Source: Eledone cirrhosa (lineage: Eukaryota). Taken from it: a stretch of 64,000 nucleotides of DNA. Each line of letters opens with the position of its first letter. The first letter of the stretch is position 1. The notes under the pieces are model-generated. The model had not been told where the DNA came from, ran no database searches, and was given only the letters and a program-made list of their open reading frames with translations. A program made the translations under genes and the position numbers. The stretch covers positions 85,932,001 to 85,996,000 of the forward strand of contig OZ024744.1 in NCBI GenBank assembly GCA_964016885.1, read 5' to 3'. Shown in pieces: positions 31,114 to 45,267 of the stretch.

Positions 31114-31982
31114 CTATATATATATAGAGTTATAAACTCAAACAGTCTATTACAATTAATTAGCTCAAAGAAAAAGTATTTCTGAGCCGTTTCTGACAAG
31201 TTAAATATAATTAATATATATGATAAACACTAATACGATCATATAAGTGTTTGCATTATAAATGACCAGGTTAGCTAGATTGAAAAATACTAATTAGATT
31301 AATACAGTTTGCTTGTCTCGATTTAAAATAATAAATCAATAAAAACAAACCGATATTGGCAATGGCCGTGGTACTTGGACAAATTTAAATTTCAAAATCC
31401 AAACCTGTTCCGTACATAAGTTTAAACTTCAAAACCCAAATAAGTTTCGATAATTGAAAAAGTGAAAAATTCCATCTTCTGCTCTCATCAGCAAGTACCC
31501 AGAAAATTGGTATGTTTCACCTAAAAATATTTATGAGAATTGATTGACGCACATGGTTTTTCAGCATCTAGCTATCTCATACTCGTGCTGCTAGAAATAA
31601 CAGCCGTTTTTATGGCTCAACAAAAGGAGCCGTTATACTATATATAGAGAGTTATAAACTCAAACAGTCTTTTACAATTAATTAGCTCAAAGAAAAAAGT
31701 ATTTCTGAGCCGTGAATACAAGTTAATATAAATTAATATATATGATAAACACTAATACGATCATATAAGTGTTTGCATTGTAAATGACCAGGTTAGCTAG
31801 ATTGAAAAATACTAATTAGATTAATACAGTTTGCTTGTCTCGATTTAAAATAATAAATCAATAAAAACAAATCCATATTGGCAATGGCCGTGGTACTTGG
31901 ACAAATTTAAATTTCAAAATCCAAACCTGTTCCGTAGATAAGTTTAAACTTCAAAACCCAAATAAGTTTCGATAATTGAAAA
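31114..31982. repeat. ~345-bp direct duplication
   Basis: 31114-31460 matches 31638-31982 nearly identically. Confidence 0.9.
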
Positions 31983-32659
31983 ATTATATTAACTTATATA
32001 TATATATATATATATAAAGGATGAATATAAAATGAAAGTGCTTTTGTTAAAAAAGGAATTTATTAGGTATTGACATATGTTTCTGTAACAGACCGAATAC
32101 CTATGTATCGCTGCTTGCGTAATCATATAATGTTAGCAAGCATTCGATAGCAAATGTATAATCAGTTGTCACTTCTTCAGAGATTTTGGATAAATTGGAT
32201 AAAATCAGAAAAATTGAAGTATTTATATTAGTAAAAGAGGAAGGAACAGAAGGGATAGTATATGACAGATGGTAAATTAATTTACTGCTAAACAAGTATA
32301 TAATGGGTTTCTAATGAGAATACCATGAGTAAATCTAAATAAGAATTTTGGGAGTGCCAATTTTAATCTCTACTTGACCAACTGGACAGTGGACAGGGCT
32401 GGTCATTTGGTGCAGTAGTATTAATTATAAAGTGTCAATTGGGGAAGGGGGAGATTTCGATTGCTACTAAATAACATCAATGCTAGTAGCCAGCTGGTAT
32501 ATGCATTAGGGAATAGAATCAAGAAATCAGAAATCTCATTTTATCTATAGCAGTTTGTATTAAAAGGTAAATAATAGAAGAGTTGATAGAATTAAGACTA
32601 ATAAAGAATGTTAATATCTATTTTGACAATCAAACTGGGATAGAGACAGGCGTTCAATC

Positions 32660-33198
<539 letters not shown>

Positions 33199-33298
33199 TA
33201 AACAAATAATGAATAAACAATTCCTTATATTAAACAAAAAAAGTTCATTATTTAACGATCGTTTCTAGGATATATATGTGTTAGAATTGGTATGCATA

Positions 33299-33467
<169 letters not shown>

Positions 33468-33559
33468 AAATATATATATATATATATTCTTTGACATAAT
33501 CATTGAATATTGTTTAACACTTTAATTTTTGATTGAATAATCCAATTCATAAAGATCCA

Positions 33560-35132
33560 TGGTGTATGTTGGTTAAATTCCTGAAAACTGTAGAGTGCTC
33601 AACTAATCGGGCTGGAAAATCTTAAGAATAATAATTCTCCAAATTAGAACTAACACTGACCTATCACAGTGGCTAAATACTTCCTCTGTTATTTTTTGGT
33701 TCAATAATATACAAGGTAAAATTAAGTGTAGATTTACCCAATTTGATATTGTCGATTTTTACCCATCTATTACTGTTTCCTTATTAACTAATGCCTTAGA
33801 TTTTGCCTTAGATTTTGCAAGACCCTACATTAATATTTCTAAATTAGAAGAAGACATTATCTTTCATGCTAGAAAAACTTTACTCTTTACTAATGATAAA
33901 AGGTTAAAAAGTCAAACCCTGAAAACTCTTTTGATGTTGCAATGGGTTCATATGACAGTGCAGATGTGTGTGACTTAGTAGGATTATTCCTTCTCCACAC
34001 CCTCAAAGAGAAATTTCCGTCCCATAATATCGGTTTATACCGTAATGACGGATTAGCAGTTTCTCATACCACCAACGGCCATAACCTTGATAAATTCCGT
34101 AAAGATTTAATCAATACTTTTGCTAATCTTAACCTTAAAATCACTATAGATATGAACCTTACTAATGCTAACTTTCTTGATATTAATCTTGATCTACTTA
34201 CAGCCTCTTTTAAACCCTATCATAAACCTAATGAAAATCTTAGGTATATACACAAAGAGTCTTGTCATCCCACTATAGTTTTTAATAATCTTATTCCTAA
34301 CATTAGCCGTAGGATTTCTACCTTATCTTCGTCTATAGACATTTTTAATAAAGCCGCCCCTTATTATAATAAAGCCCTTAAGAACAGCGGTTTTACAGAA
34401 AACATTTCTTATTTCCCTACTCCTCCCCCTAAAACTAACCACAATAACAGGAAAAGGAAGATTATTTGGTTCACACCCCCTTCTCTCTAACTCAAAACTA
34501 ATGTAGGAAGGAAATTCCTTGAACTCTTAGACAAACATTTTCCTCCTAGTCATAGATATTATAAGATATTTAATAGGAACGTAGTTAGGATCAGCTACTC
34601 TTGTTGCCCATCTATGAAGTCCAAAATCACCAGTTCAAACCATACGAGAATAAATCCATGATGCAGTTGCAGGAAGCCGGATGAATGCCCATTGCAGGGT
34701 AAATGTAACACCAAATCTGTTGTTTATGAGGCTAAGATAACACCGGTAATCAACAACCAGACAGCCAGGAGTGAGCGATATGTCGGTAAGACACAGGACA
34801 GGTTTAAAACCAGATTTTACTCACATGTCGCTTCTTTTAAGCACCCCGATAAACGAACATCAACGGCCCTCGCAAGTATGGTGTGGGAACTCAAGGATAG
34901 TAACATCCCGTACTCTATTGATTGGTCTATATTAGACCATTCGAGAGAGTACCAAAGGGACACAAAGAATTGTTCTTTGTGTACCACAGAAAAGTATAGG
35001 ATTTTGCTAAACTTGAGAGCCACTTCCGCTTGCCTTAACTCAAAGACTGAGCTCTTCAGATGCTATCCTCATCTGAAATCGCATCTGATCTGTAACTGGA
35101 TTGACACTCCTATGATAAATCAACCGCCTTGA
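33560..35132 (+). pseudogene. PLE (Naiad-like) RT + GIY-YIG, 5'-truncated and frameshifted
   Basis: FDIVDFYPSI, MGSYDSADVCDLVG, GLYRNDGL (YRDD position), NFLDINLDL, IWFTPP, CSCRKPDECPLQGKC, YVGKT..FKTRF, CSLCTTEK. Confidence 0.92.
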
Positions 35133-35330
35133 ACTCCTTCCTGCTCTTTACTTCTGCTACGGTTTTTATTTTGTTGAATCTACGTTCTGTACTCTTGTAT
35201 ATATATTTTTTTCTCCCTTACCGCCCCTTATATTACACCTTTTCCTATGCCCCCCCCCCCCCTCCCCAATATATATTTTTTTTGCCTTGCCCTTCACATA
35301 CCTATGTGTATGTGTATGTATATTTGTGTG

Positions 35331-35361
<31 letters not shown>

Positions 35362-35442
35362 GTGTATATATATGAATATATATATATATATATATATTTT
35401 TGTGTGTGTATATGTTTGTATATGTAGATAGACCAGGTTTTT

Positions 35443-35500
35443 TTCATTCTGAAGATTGAAGGAAACATTTTTTGCTTTTAAGAAACCACTGGTGAATGGA
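35443..35500 (+). ncRNA. HHR copy 1 in Naiad-like 3' region (GUG triplet, probably inactive)
   Basis: ttcatt-CTGAAGA...GAAACCACTGGTG-aatgga. Confidence 0.6.
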
Positions 35501-35623
35501 AAATTGCTTTATGTTGCTTATTACTTTATTACTTTACTACTATATATATGTATATGTAAGGTTCATATGAATTATCTAAGACTGAGTTTTACACACACGC
35601 ACATGTATATGTGTACGTATGTG

Positions 35624-35672
<49 letters not shown>

Positions 35673-36493
35673 TTGTATTTGGTTGTGCGTGTTTATGATA
35701 TGTACGTATTTGTGTGTGTATAATTGTATAGCTATGTATGTATATGTGTGTGTATGTATACATATATGTGTGTGTGTGTATTTTTATATTTATGTATATA
35801 TATCTATATGTATGTGTATATAATTACATATACATATGTGTGTGTATATGTGTGTTTATAATTGTATACGTGTGCGTGTGCGTGTTTGTACTTGTATTTG
35901 TGTATGTGTATGTATGTGTTTATGTATTTGTATATGTATATTTATGTGTGAGAGTGTGTGTATGTATTTATTATTTTGTACGTATGTATACGTGCATTTG
36001 TGTGTATTACCACGCGTGTCTGTCCAGTTAGCTGCGTTCTGTATCGCTGTCACAAATTTTTTAATATATATATATATATATATTTTTTTCTTATATTTAT
36101 TTGCGTGTGTGAATATGTAGAGGAGTGCATTTATGTATGTGTATGTATGTACGTGTGTATATATGTATGATTGAGTGCATGTATGTATGTATATGTATGT
36201 GTGTATGGCTATGTTTGTGTATGTGTATGCTTGTACACATATATATATATATATATGTGTATATATATATATATATATGTATGTATATGTGTGTATGTAT
36301 ATGTATTTATATTTATGTTTCTATGTGTATGTATGTGTGTATATATGTGTGTGTGGTTGTATATATGTATGTGTATGTATGCATGTCTTGATATTTATGT
36401 GCGTATGTATATATGTGTATATGTATGTGTTTGTGTGTATTTATATACACATATATGTGTGTATATATGTGTGTGTGTATGTATGACTGTATG

Positions 36494-36544
<51 letters not shown>

Positions 36545-36691
36545 ATGTATGCTTTTGTGTGTGAGTGTGCGTGTTTTTGTGTGTGTAGTTTTATTTTATT
36601 TTTCCTTTCCTTCTTCCTTCTCCAGCCTCACTTTCATATAGATTGCATTTTTGATTTTAAAATCCAAATTCAATAAACAGACCAGGATTTT

Positions 36692-36749
36692 TTCATTCTG
36701 AGGATTGAAAGCAAAATCTTTTGCTTTTAAGAAACCACTGGTAAATGGA
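36692..36749 (+). ncRNA. HHR copy 2, intact
   Basis: ttcatt-CTGAGGA-ttgaaagcaaaa tc ttttgcttttaa-GAAAC-CACTG-GTA^-aatgga; all three stems pair. Confidence 0.85.
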
Positions 36750-36842
36750 ATAATTGCTTTATGTTGTTTATTACATAACTATTAAGCTCTGTTACCTACA
36801 TAGAGCACTCTTCTTTCCTGGACTTTTCCGACGGAATTACTT

Positions 36843-36924
<82 letters not shown>

Positions 36925-37007
36925 GGAGGTGAGTTTTATTGTAGTACAATAAAGCAATGCAGATATCGGATAAGAAGCACTCTACAGTTTGTGGGACTGG
37001 AGTATGC

Positions 37008-39824
37008 ATAATATAAGATCAAAAGATGGTTAGAGGAGTTCCATATATTTTATTATGCGCATTTCAAAAACAAACATCATCATGCAATAATATTTGTGTT
37101 TTCATCAGATAAAACAGGAGAACATGATATGAAGGCTAAAAGACACTTGTGGATAGTGCAGTTTTAAATCAACATATGAAAAGTGGTTTTAGATTGATGT
37201 GTGATATTGGAAAAAATATTTTATTTAGAGAGGGGGAGAAGGATGAAAAGGGAAGGAGATGAGAGGGGGAGATGGGTGATAGAGAGAAAGAGATAGTTTT
37301 TATAACTGAGAGCAGATATATTTTTTACATAGAGAGGTTGAAAACCGTTGGAAGATACTGTATAAATTAAAAATTTTGAAAATTAACGAAGGGAGGATAT
37401 GTGCGAGGAAAAAATATTTTATTTAGGGAGGGGGGGGGAAGGATGAAAAAAAGGGGGAGGAGATGAGAGTGAAGGTGGAGAGGGAGAGATGGGTGATAGA
37501 GAGAAAGAGATAGTTTTTATAACTGAGAAAAAGATATATTGTTTTAATATAGAGAGGTTGGGAACCGTTGGAAGATAATGTATAAATTAAAGGAATTTGA
37601 AAATTAACGAAGGGAAATTATGTATGAAGATAGAGAGAAAAAACTAATAATTGTGGGTGAATATTCTAACGTCAAAAAAAAGAAATGTATGTATTGTGGC
37701 AATTTCAAAATTAGCGAAGAGAAAAATTGTTAAGGTTTGTGTGTAGAAGGATTTGAGAAAAATAATGTGAAGTTAAAGTTTGTATATTGATTGAATTGAT
37801 AATATGTGCGAATAAAGAGTTAATATGTATTAATAATGAGTTCGTTGATGGGGAGAAAAAAATAATAATAAATTAAGGATGAAATTGAGATTAAAAAGAT
37901 TTATGATAGAGAGAAAAAATAATAATGATTGCGGATGAATATTCTAATGTCAAAACAAATGTTATGATTTTACAAGAAGATAGAATGAGGGTAATGAGTA
38001 AACGAGTATTATAGAGTGTATAATGCCCTTTAAAGTAAGGTAGAAAATATTAAATACTAAATCTCTTCCTTCCAATATTGAATTTCATAATAACAGTAAT
38101 AGTACTCCCGACGTCATTGTAAACCCTAGGCTAACTTCTGTAAACCCAAATACAACGTCAAACACAACTTCGCTAAATGTTCATAATCCAACTCTAAATC
38201 AAGAAACTATTATTCCTATTATTCCTATCGCAAACAACTTCTCCAATCCAATTCCTTCTATAGATAACACTAGATCACTCATTAATAATCTCTCTAATTG
38301 CAACTGCCGCATTAAAAATAAATGTCCTCTCAACAACCATTGTCTCGATAAAAACTTAATTTATGAATGTAAAATTATAACTAGCACCAATTCCTTCACC
38401 TATTTTGGCTCCACTTCCACCTCTTTTAAAGCTCGTCTCTATAATCATCATTGATCTTTCAAATACAAACTTAAAAGAACTAACACTGCTCTCTCAGAAC
38501 TCATATGGTCCTTAAAAGACAAACACATTAAATATACCATCTTTTGGAAGAAGATTTCTTCTGCATCCTCATACTTGAACAGCTCTCTATCTAAAATCTG
38601 TAATCTCTGCCTAAATGAAAAATTTACCATTATCTCTAACCTAGATTCTATAATAAATAGACGCACAGATTTGGTTTCTATCTGCCTGCATAAATTCCAT
38701 AGAACTTTTCACAAAGTATACAGTTAATATTCAATTCTTTATCAATTTAGAATCTTTTCTCAAAGGCACATATACATACACCTCTTTAAAATATACCCAT
38801 CTACCTTACTTTAAAGGGCATTATACACTCTATAATACTCGTTTACTCATTACCCTCATTCTATCTTCTTGTAAAATCATAACATTTGTTTTGACATTAG
38901 AATATTCATCCGCAATCATTATTATTTTTTCTCTCTATCATAAATCTTTTTAATTTCAATTTCATCCTTAATTTATTATTATTTTTTTCTCCCCATCAAC
39001 GAACTCATTATTAATACATATTAACTCTTTATTCGCACATATTATCAATTCAATCAATATACAAACTTTAACTTCACATTATTTTTCTCAAATCCTTCTA
39101 CACACAAACCTTAACAATTTTTCTCTTCGCTAATTTTGAAATTGCCACAATACATACATTTCTTTTTTTTGACGTTAGAATATTCACCCACAATTATTAG
39201 TTTTTTCTCTCTATCTTCATACATAATTTCCCTTCGTTAATTTTCAAATTCCTTTAATTTATACATTATCTTCCAACGGTTCCCAACCTCTCTATATTAA
39301 AATAATATATCTTTTTCTCAGTTATAAAAACTATCTCTTTCTCTCTATCACCCATCTCTCCCTCTCCACCTTCACTCTCATCTCCTCCCCCTTTTTTTCA
39401 TCCTCCCCCCCCCCTCCCTAAATAAAATATTTTTTCCTCGCACATATCCTCCCTTAATTTTCCAAATTTTTAATTTATACAGTATCTTCCAACGGTTTTC
39501 AACCTCTTTATGTAAAAAATATATCTCCTCTCAGTTATAAAAACTATCTCTTTCTCTCTATCACCCATCTCTCCCTCTCATCTCCTTCCCTTTTCATCCT
39601 CCCCCCCCTCTCTAAATAAAATATTTTTCCCAATATCACACATCAATCTAAAACCACTTTTCATATGTTGATTTAAAACTGCACTATCCACAAGTGTCTT
39701 TTAGCCTTCATATCATGTTCTCCTGTTTTATCTGATGAAAACACAAATATTATTGCATGATGATGTTTGTTTTTGAAATGCGCATAATAAAATATATGGA
39801 ACTCCTCTAACCATCTTTTGATCT

Positions 39825-39832
<8 letters not shown>
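37008..39832 (+). mobile_element. 5'-truncated Naiad-like PLE with ~1,030-bp inverted copy of its 3' UTR
   Basis: 37008-38044 is the reverse complement of 38800-39832. Between them, 38290-38727 encodes CNCRIKNKCPLNNHC..YFGSTSTSFKAR..CNLCLNEK. Confidence 0.92.
39726..39792 (+). ncRNA. Type-I HHR (inverted copy at 37048-37114)
   Basis: ttttat-CTGATGA-long stem II-GAAAT-GCGC-ATA^-ataaaa; stem III is ATGCGCAT. Confidence 0.85.
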
Positions 39833-39878
<46 letters not shown>

Positions 39879-39931
39879 CGAAGGAAATGTGGTACTCGTT
39901 CCTATATAAATATATATATATATATATATAA

Positions 39932-40390
39932 AGAAGAAAACACACTAGAGAGAATGTGTTTATCAAGTTACAGGGAAAATCACTACCGTATGGAACCTAT
40001 AAACTAAAAAAGGTGAGGCTTATACATTATAATTAAACATAAATTAGAATGAATTTACCCACCTTTATAATTATATATCACACATGTACAAACTCAGAGA
40101 GATTATTTCGCCAGAAAATTAGTGTTTGGATTGAAATCACCCAGATTCATCAGCGTGTGTTAAGTGAATATCTTCCAAACGACTATAAGAGAACTTAAAG
40201 TAACTACCTTGCAACACGTGGGATAGAGAATGAAATGCATGTATGAGACAGTAGACCAGTGGCTTGGGCGGGATGAGCTGCTAGAAATGGCAGTCCCAAA
40301 CCACTTTCTTAGTTTATAGGTTCCATACGCTAGTGGTATTCCCTGTAATTTGATAAACACACACGCTCTCTAGTGTGTTTTCTTCTCTAT
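39932..40390. mobile_element. (TA)-flanked element with ~85-bp imperfect inverted termini and a minus-strand CTGATGA..GAAAT core
   Basis: 39932-40015 vs 40301-40388; core at ~40105-40153. Confidence 0.65.
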
Positions 40391-40814
40391 ATTATATTTG
40401 AAGAGCCTGTGGTTCCTTTTTCTTAGAGCTCACGAATTACAGGCGCTAACGCGAGTTTCTGACTTCGTTACTTCATTCTGATATATATATATATACAGAT
40501 ATTCAAAACAACGAACAGCGGAGGACACGTTTCGCACCTTTCCGACAGACAACCCCCCTCCCACCGAAAAAAATAACCAGTTGATGGATGTGAATCCGAA
40601 ATATATAAGGACAATTAAATCTCTCCCAAGGTAACTCTCTCTTGTGTTGTTATTTTATTTTTATTTTTATCCTTTACGCTCTTTCCTTCATTCCTCTACA
40701 CGTATTATACACGCCACGCATCTCAACGTACACCGACTTACATCTCTCTCTCCACCACCGGATCTTGTTACCCGGAGATTTACCCATCTGCATTGTCGAG
40801 GCTTCCAAACGACT

Positions 40815-40849
<35 letters not shown>

Positions 40850-40855
<6 letters not shown>

Positions 40856-40885
40856 GAGTATCGCTATTAGCTTCTTCCGATAATG

Positions 40886-40927
<42 letters not shown>

Positions 40928-41168
40928 GTATTTATATATATATATGAAAAAGTATGACCCCGACAGCAGAGCTCAAGCCGTTTCGACGGCTATTTTTCGT
41001 CATACTTTTTCCTATTACCCACTCTACCAGTATTGAGTACTCTGGTGCCAGATGAACTATATGGCACCAGAGTACTCAATACTTAGGGTAGTAGAGTGGG
41101 TAATAGGAAAAAGTATGACGAAAAATAGCCGTCGAAACGGCTTGAGCTCTGCTGTCGGGGTCATACTT

Positions 41169-41225
<57 letters not shown>

Positions 41226-41255
41226 CATTATCGGAGGAAGCTAATAGCGATACTC

Positions 41256-41262
<7 letters not shown>
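40850..41262. repeat. Nested palindrome spanning two (TA)n tracts
   Basis: 40850-40890 vs 41221-41262 and 40945-41050 vs 41061-41172. Confidence 0.9.
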
Positions 41263-41315
<53 letters not shown>

Positions 41316-41369
41316 CGGCGATGAATTAGTTTTGCGAGGTTTTTGATATGAAATCGTGTGTCGAAACAA

Positions 41370-41885
41370 ATATTGTTATACTTGGAGAGGGTCATATTTG
41401 TGTAATAATATTGCCAGAACACATACACAAGTACAATAACAACAAACACATATAAACACACACTAGTAAACTATGATAGAATACAATAACCAATACACAG
41501 TCACCGAAACACGAACACACATCAAACACTATACCCACACGCAAACGCATGCGCAGAGAAGACAAAAATAAATAAATAAATGAATAAACAGACTAAATAA
41601 AGATGGCGTAGGCATACAGTACAACGGGAGGAAACATAATATTACCACTGACGATGTTGCAGATGTGCAACGAAAGAACTTTGTTAGACTATATATATAT
41701 GTGTTTGTGTCTATATTATATCTGTATTTTTGACCGTTGGTCAGTCAATGGTAACATTGAGGACCGAATAAAAAAATTAAATTAACCGATATAAAAGACA
41801 CAGAAGCGAAAACCAACGAAACAGTGAGTATGTTCTGTTATTAATTCTGGCAATATTATTACACAAATATGACCCTCCCCAAGTA

Positions 41886-41890
<5 letters not shown>
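41370..41890 (+). mobile_element. ~520-bp HHR mini-element with ~50-bp inverted termini
   Basis: Ends gttatacttgg.gagggtcatatttgtgtaataatattgccagaa / ttctggcaatattattacacaaatatgaccctccccaagtataac. HHR CTGACGA-t gttgca gatg tgcaac-GAAA at 41648-41675. Confidence 0.8.
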
Positions 41891-41916
<26 letters not shown>

Positions 41917-42027
41917 TGGTAAACGGAAAAGAAAATGCTGACAAATTGTTCACAGTTAAAAATACTTTAATTAGGAATAAGTGAGAATTAGTAATAGAAT
42001 TGGTTAGTATTCAGTTTTGGTTTTAAG

Positions 42028-42063
42028 TTTTACCGGTTGCGCATTTCTAATGCTTTTCAAAAA
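42028..42063 (-). ncRNA. HHR-like motif with U3/A8 variant core
   Basis: ttt-TTGAAAA-gcat tagaa atgc-GCAACCGGTA^-aaa. Confidence 0.5.
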
Positions 42064-42441
42064 TAATTTTGAGATAGAGTGTCCGTGATGTTTGCTCTAA
42101 TCTGATTAGTTTTGGAAATTCTACCTGTTTTTATGTTAAAAAAGTGGCTCCAGTGGTATTAAAATAAGTTTTGCGCCAATTCGTGTTGCAAAAATTCCTG
42201 TGGTCAAAACAATTTTGATTGGTCGGTAGAGGTCATGTGAATGTTAAAAATTGATTTTGCGCCAAATGTAGGTTTGTGTCGGCTGATTGAGAAGTCACTG
42301 AAAAATAAGTCTTTCAAAACAAATATGTGTGTGTGTGTGTGTAGTAGTAGTAAAGAGGTTCGTTGTTGTGATAATGGTCAGCAGGTGTGTGCGAACCGCA
42401 GCCTGTAGACAGTTCAAATGCCTATTAAGACAAGTGTGCGC

Positions 42442-42519
<78 letters not shown>

Positions 42520-42626
42520 CAGTGTAATTCGTGGTAGAGGGATGGTCAGTAGGAATGTGTCTGTAAGTGTGTGGGGGATATTTTAACATGTTAAAAGATA
42601 TTTTTCAGCTCTTGTCTTATACGGAG

Positions 42627-42704
<78 letters not shown>

Positions 42705-42875
42705 CTCTTTGTATGTAAATGTACGCGTGTGTATATATGTGCGTGTGTGCGCATACACGTGTGTGTGTGTGTGTGGGTAGAACATGTGTGTTTACGTATG
42801 TCATTGTGTTTATATGTGGGTAGAGATGTATGTTGATGTAGGTATGTATGTTGACGTGTATGTTGTGGGTTCGTC

Positions 42876-45012
42876 TTAGGGAGAAGTGTTTAGACGGGGT
42901 CCGTATTTGTTAATAAAGTAAGATTCCTTTCTGATGCGCTGGGTGTGGGTGGCACCATCTTTAAATTTGTAGAGGGGAAAGATTCTGAAGTTGGGATGAT
43001 TTTGGGCGGCACAGGTATCAATGAGTTCACTCAGTGGTATTTTCCTGTATTCCCGTATTTTAATTTGGGATCTATGGACAGTCATGCGTTGGCGGAGGCT
43101 GTTTTTGGTCTGGCCTATGTATTGTTCTCGACAACCTGAGCAAGTTAATACATATATTAGATTTTCTGATGCATGTGAAATTGTGTTTTACTATAAAACG
43201 TTGTCCTTCTTTGAAATAGAATTCAGAACCCTCTATTAGGTTGATGCATATGCCACAGTTGGGTCTATCGCATCTTTTTACTGTGGGTTTCGTTGTTATG
43301 GTTGGCAGTACTTTGGCATGTGTTAGGATGTTTTTCATTGACTTAGATTGTCTTTTGCTCTTTATGATATCGTGTGTTCGTAGGATTTGGTTCATTCTAT
43401 GGTCCTTTTTCAACACAGGGATGTTCTGGAGGATGGTGTCAAAGGCCTCATTGTTGAGGGGGTTGTGTGTGGAGATGTATGGAAGAGCTTTTAGTTTCGG
43501 TTGCTGCCTATGAGTGTGTCCTTTAGTTCTTGTAGCCGTAAGTAGCAGGTGTTTTTATTGGAGACTATAGTACAGATTCTCTTGGCTAAGTTGTAGGGAA
43601 TATTAATTTTAACGTGTCTAGGGTGGTAAGAGTTGAAAGGAAGATATTGCTTGGAGTCTGTGGGCTTGTAGTATATGTCTGTTTCTATTTTTTTGTTATG
43701 GATCTTAATGAGGATGTCGAGGAAGGGGAGTTGTTGATGGCTGTATTCCATCGTGAAGTTAATATTCGTGTTGAGCCCATTTATAAGGGAGTGAAATTCT
43801 TTAAGTTTCTCGATGTTTTCGTGCCAAAGGATGAAGCAGTCATCTAGATATCGCTTCCAGTTCCTTACTATGTGTAAGTGGAGAGTGTTTCCAAATTTGT
43901 TTAGGACTTTAGTGTAGAGGGTGATTTCCAGGTATCCCATGACTAGGTTGGCATAAGTGGGGGCTGTTTTCGTACCCATAGCGGTTCCAGATTTCTGCCT
44001 GTAGGGTTTGTTATTGAAAACGAAGTAATTGTTCTCCAAGATAAATTTGAGTCCCTCTATCACGAATTCTTTTTTGATGCGTTGTGGGAGTTCATTGTGG
44101 TAATTATCCAGCCAGAATTGGATAGCTTCTATTCCTAGGTTGTGGGGGATGTTGGAGTATAGGTTGACTACATCGAACGTCACTAGTAGGGTTTGTTTAG
44201 AAAGGGGCATATTAGGGAGGTGATTGAGCATATCTAGGTCGTCTCTTATATAGCTTTTGATGTGTTTGAGAAAAGGCTTGAGAAGGGTATCAATGAAGTT
44301 GCTAAGGCGGCAGGTTTCGCAAGCGGGGCCTGCTATTATAGGTTTTAATTTGAGATCATTGGGTGAGGGACATTGATGACTATGTCTGTGGCTTCTTTGC
44401 ATGCCTTACTTATTAATTCGCTTTTATGTACTTTAGGGATACCCTAGAAAAGGCTGGATTTACTTGTGAAGTCTGTGATGAAACTGAATTCCTTGTTAGT
44501 GAGTCCTTCTTTGTATTGGTTGATCAGAGTTTTTAGGTTTCTCATAATTTTCTGTTGATTGTAGTGTTCAGCCTTTTCGTAGTATGTTTCGTTTTCCAAA
44601 GTGGAGAGCGCTAAGTTGATATAGAATTCTGTCTCCATTAGGACTACTGTACTCCCTTTATCAGCCTCTTTAATTGTAATGGTTCTGTCAGTTTTTAATC
44701 TATTTAATTCTTCCCATTCTTTCTTGTTGAGGTTTGGCTTGTGTTCTTGTCTGTGCAAGTGTTGGTAAGGGAAGTTTGTGATGTGTTCACAGAATTCGTC
44801 CAGGATTTTATTTCTACCTTTTGATGGGGTGTAATTGCTTCTATTTCTGGCTAATGATTCATCCTCATTGTACTGGTCGAATAGTTCTTCACTGAGTCGT
44901 AACTTTCTACAGAAGTCTGTGATGTCTTCCTTCATTTCATAGTAGTTAGGACGTAGTGGGGTCGGTGTGAATTTAAGACTTTCGGTGTGAATTTAAGACC
45001 TTTGGAGAGTAA
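42876..45012 (-). pseudogene. PLE (Neptune-like) RT + GIY-YIG, 5'-truncated and frameshifted; 3' UTR 41917-42875
   Basis: LSKGLKF, IKEADKGSTVV, FDVVNLYSNIPH, GTAMGTKTAPTYANLVMG, RYLDDC, LPFLDI, CDRPNCGIC, KESYFINKYGPRLN; (TA)n on both sides. Confidence 0.95.
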
Positions 45013-45209
45013 GTATATATATATATATACTTTTAAATTTGGTCATTCTGCAATGTTAATCATGACGTAATATGAGAAAAGCAATCGACGTTATGCAACT
45101 CAAATCTTGAATCATGTTGGTGGTGCGGGAACGGAGTAAATGTTTTATAAAGTGAAATAAAAGGAGGCCAAATATGTTGAATTTTCTTAATTTTTGTTTA
45201 TTTCCACAA

Positions 45210-45267
45210 ACACTATGCACATTTCAGTGGCAATGTTGCGTAAGAACCCAGTGACCTCATCAGGTGT
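45210..45267 (-). ncRNA. Type-I HHR
   Basis: acac-CTGATGA-ggtcac..gccact-GAAAT-GTGC-ATA^-gtgt. Confidence 0.7.

Noticed and set aside
38452-38454. Selenocysteine TGA in GIY-YIG (NHH*SF)
   Set aside because: It aligns with a non-Cys position (HRYS/HIHS/HVAS in the paralogs); CGA>TGA decay is more likely.
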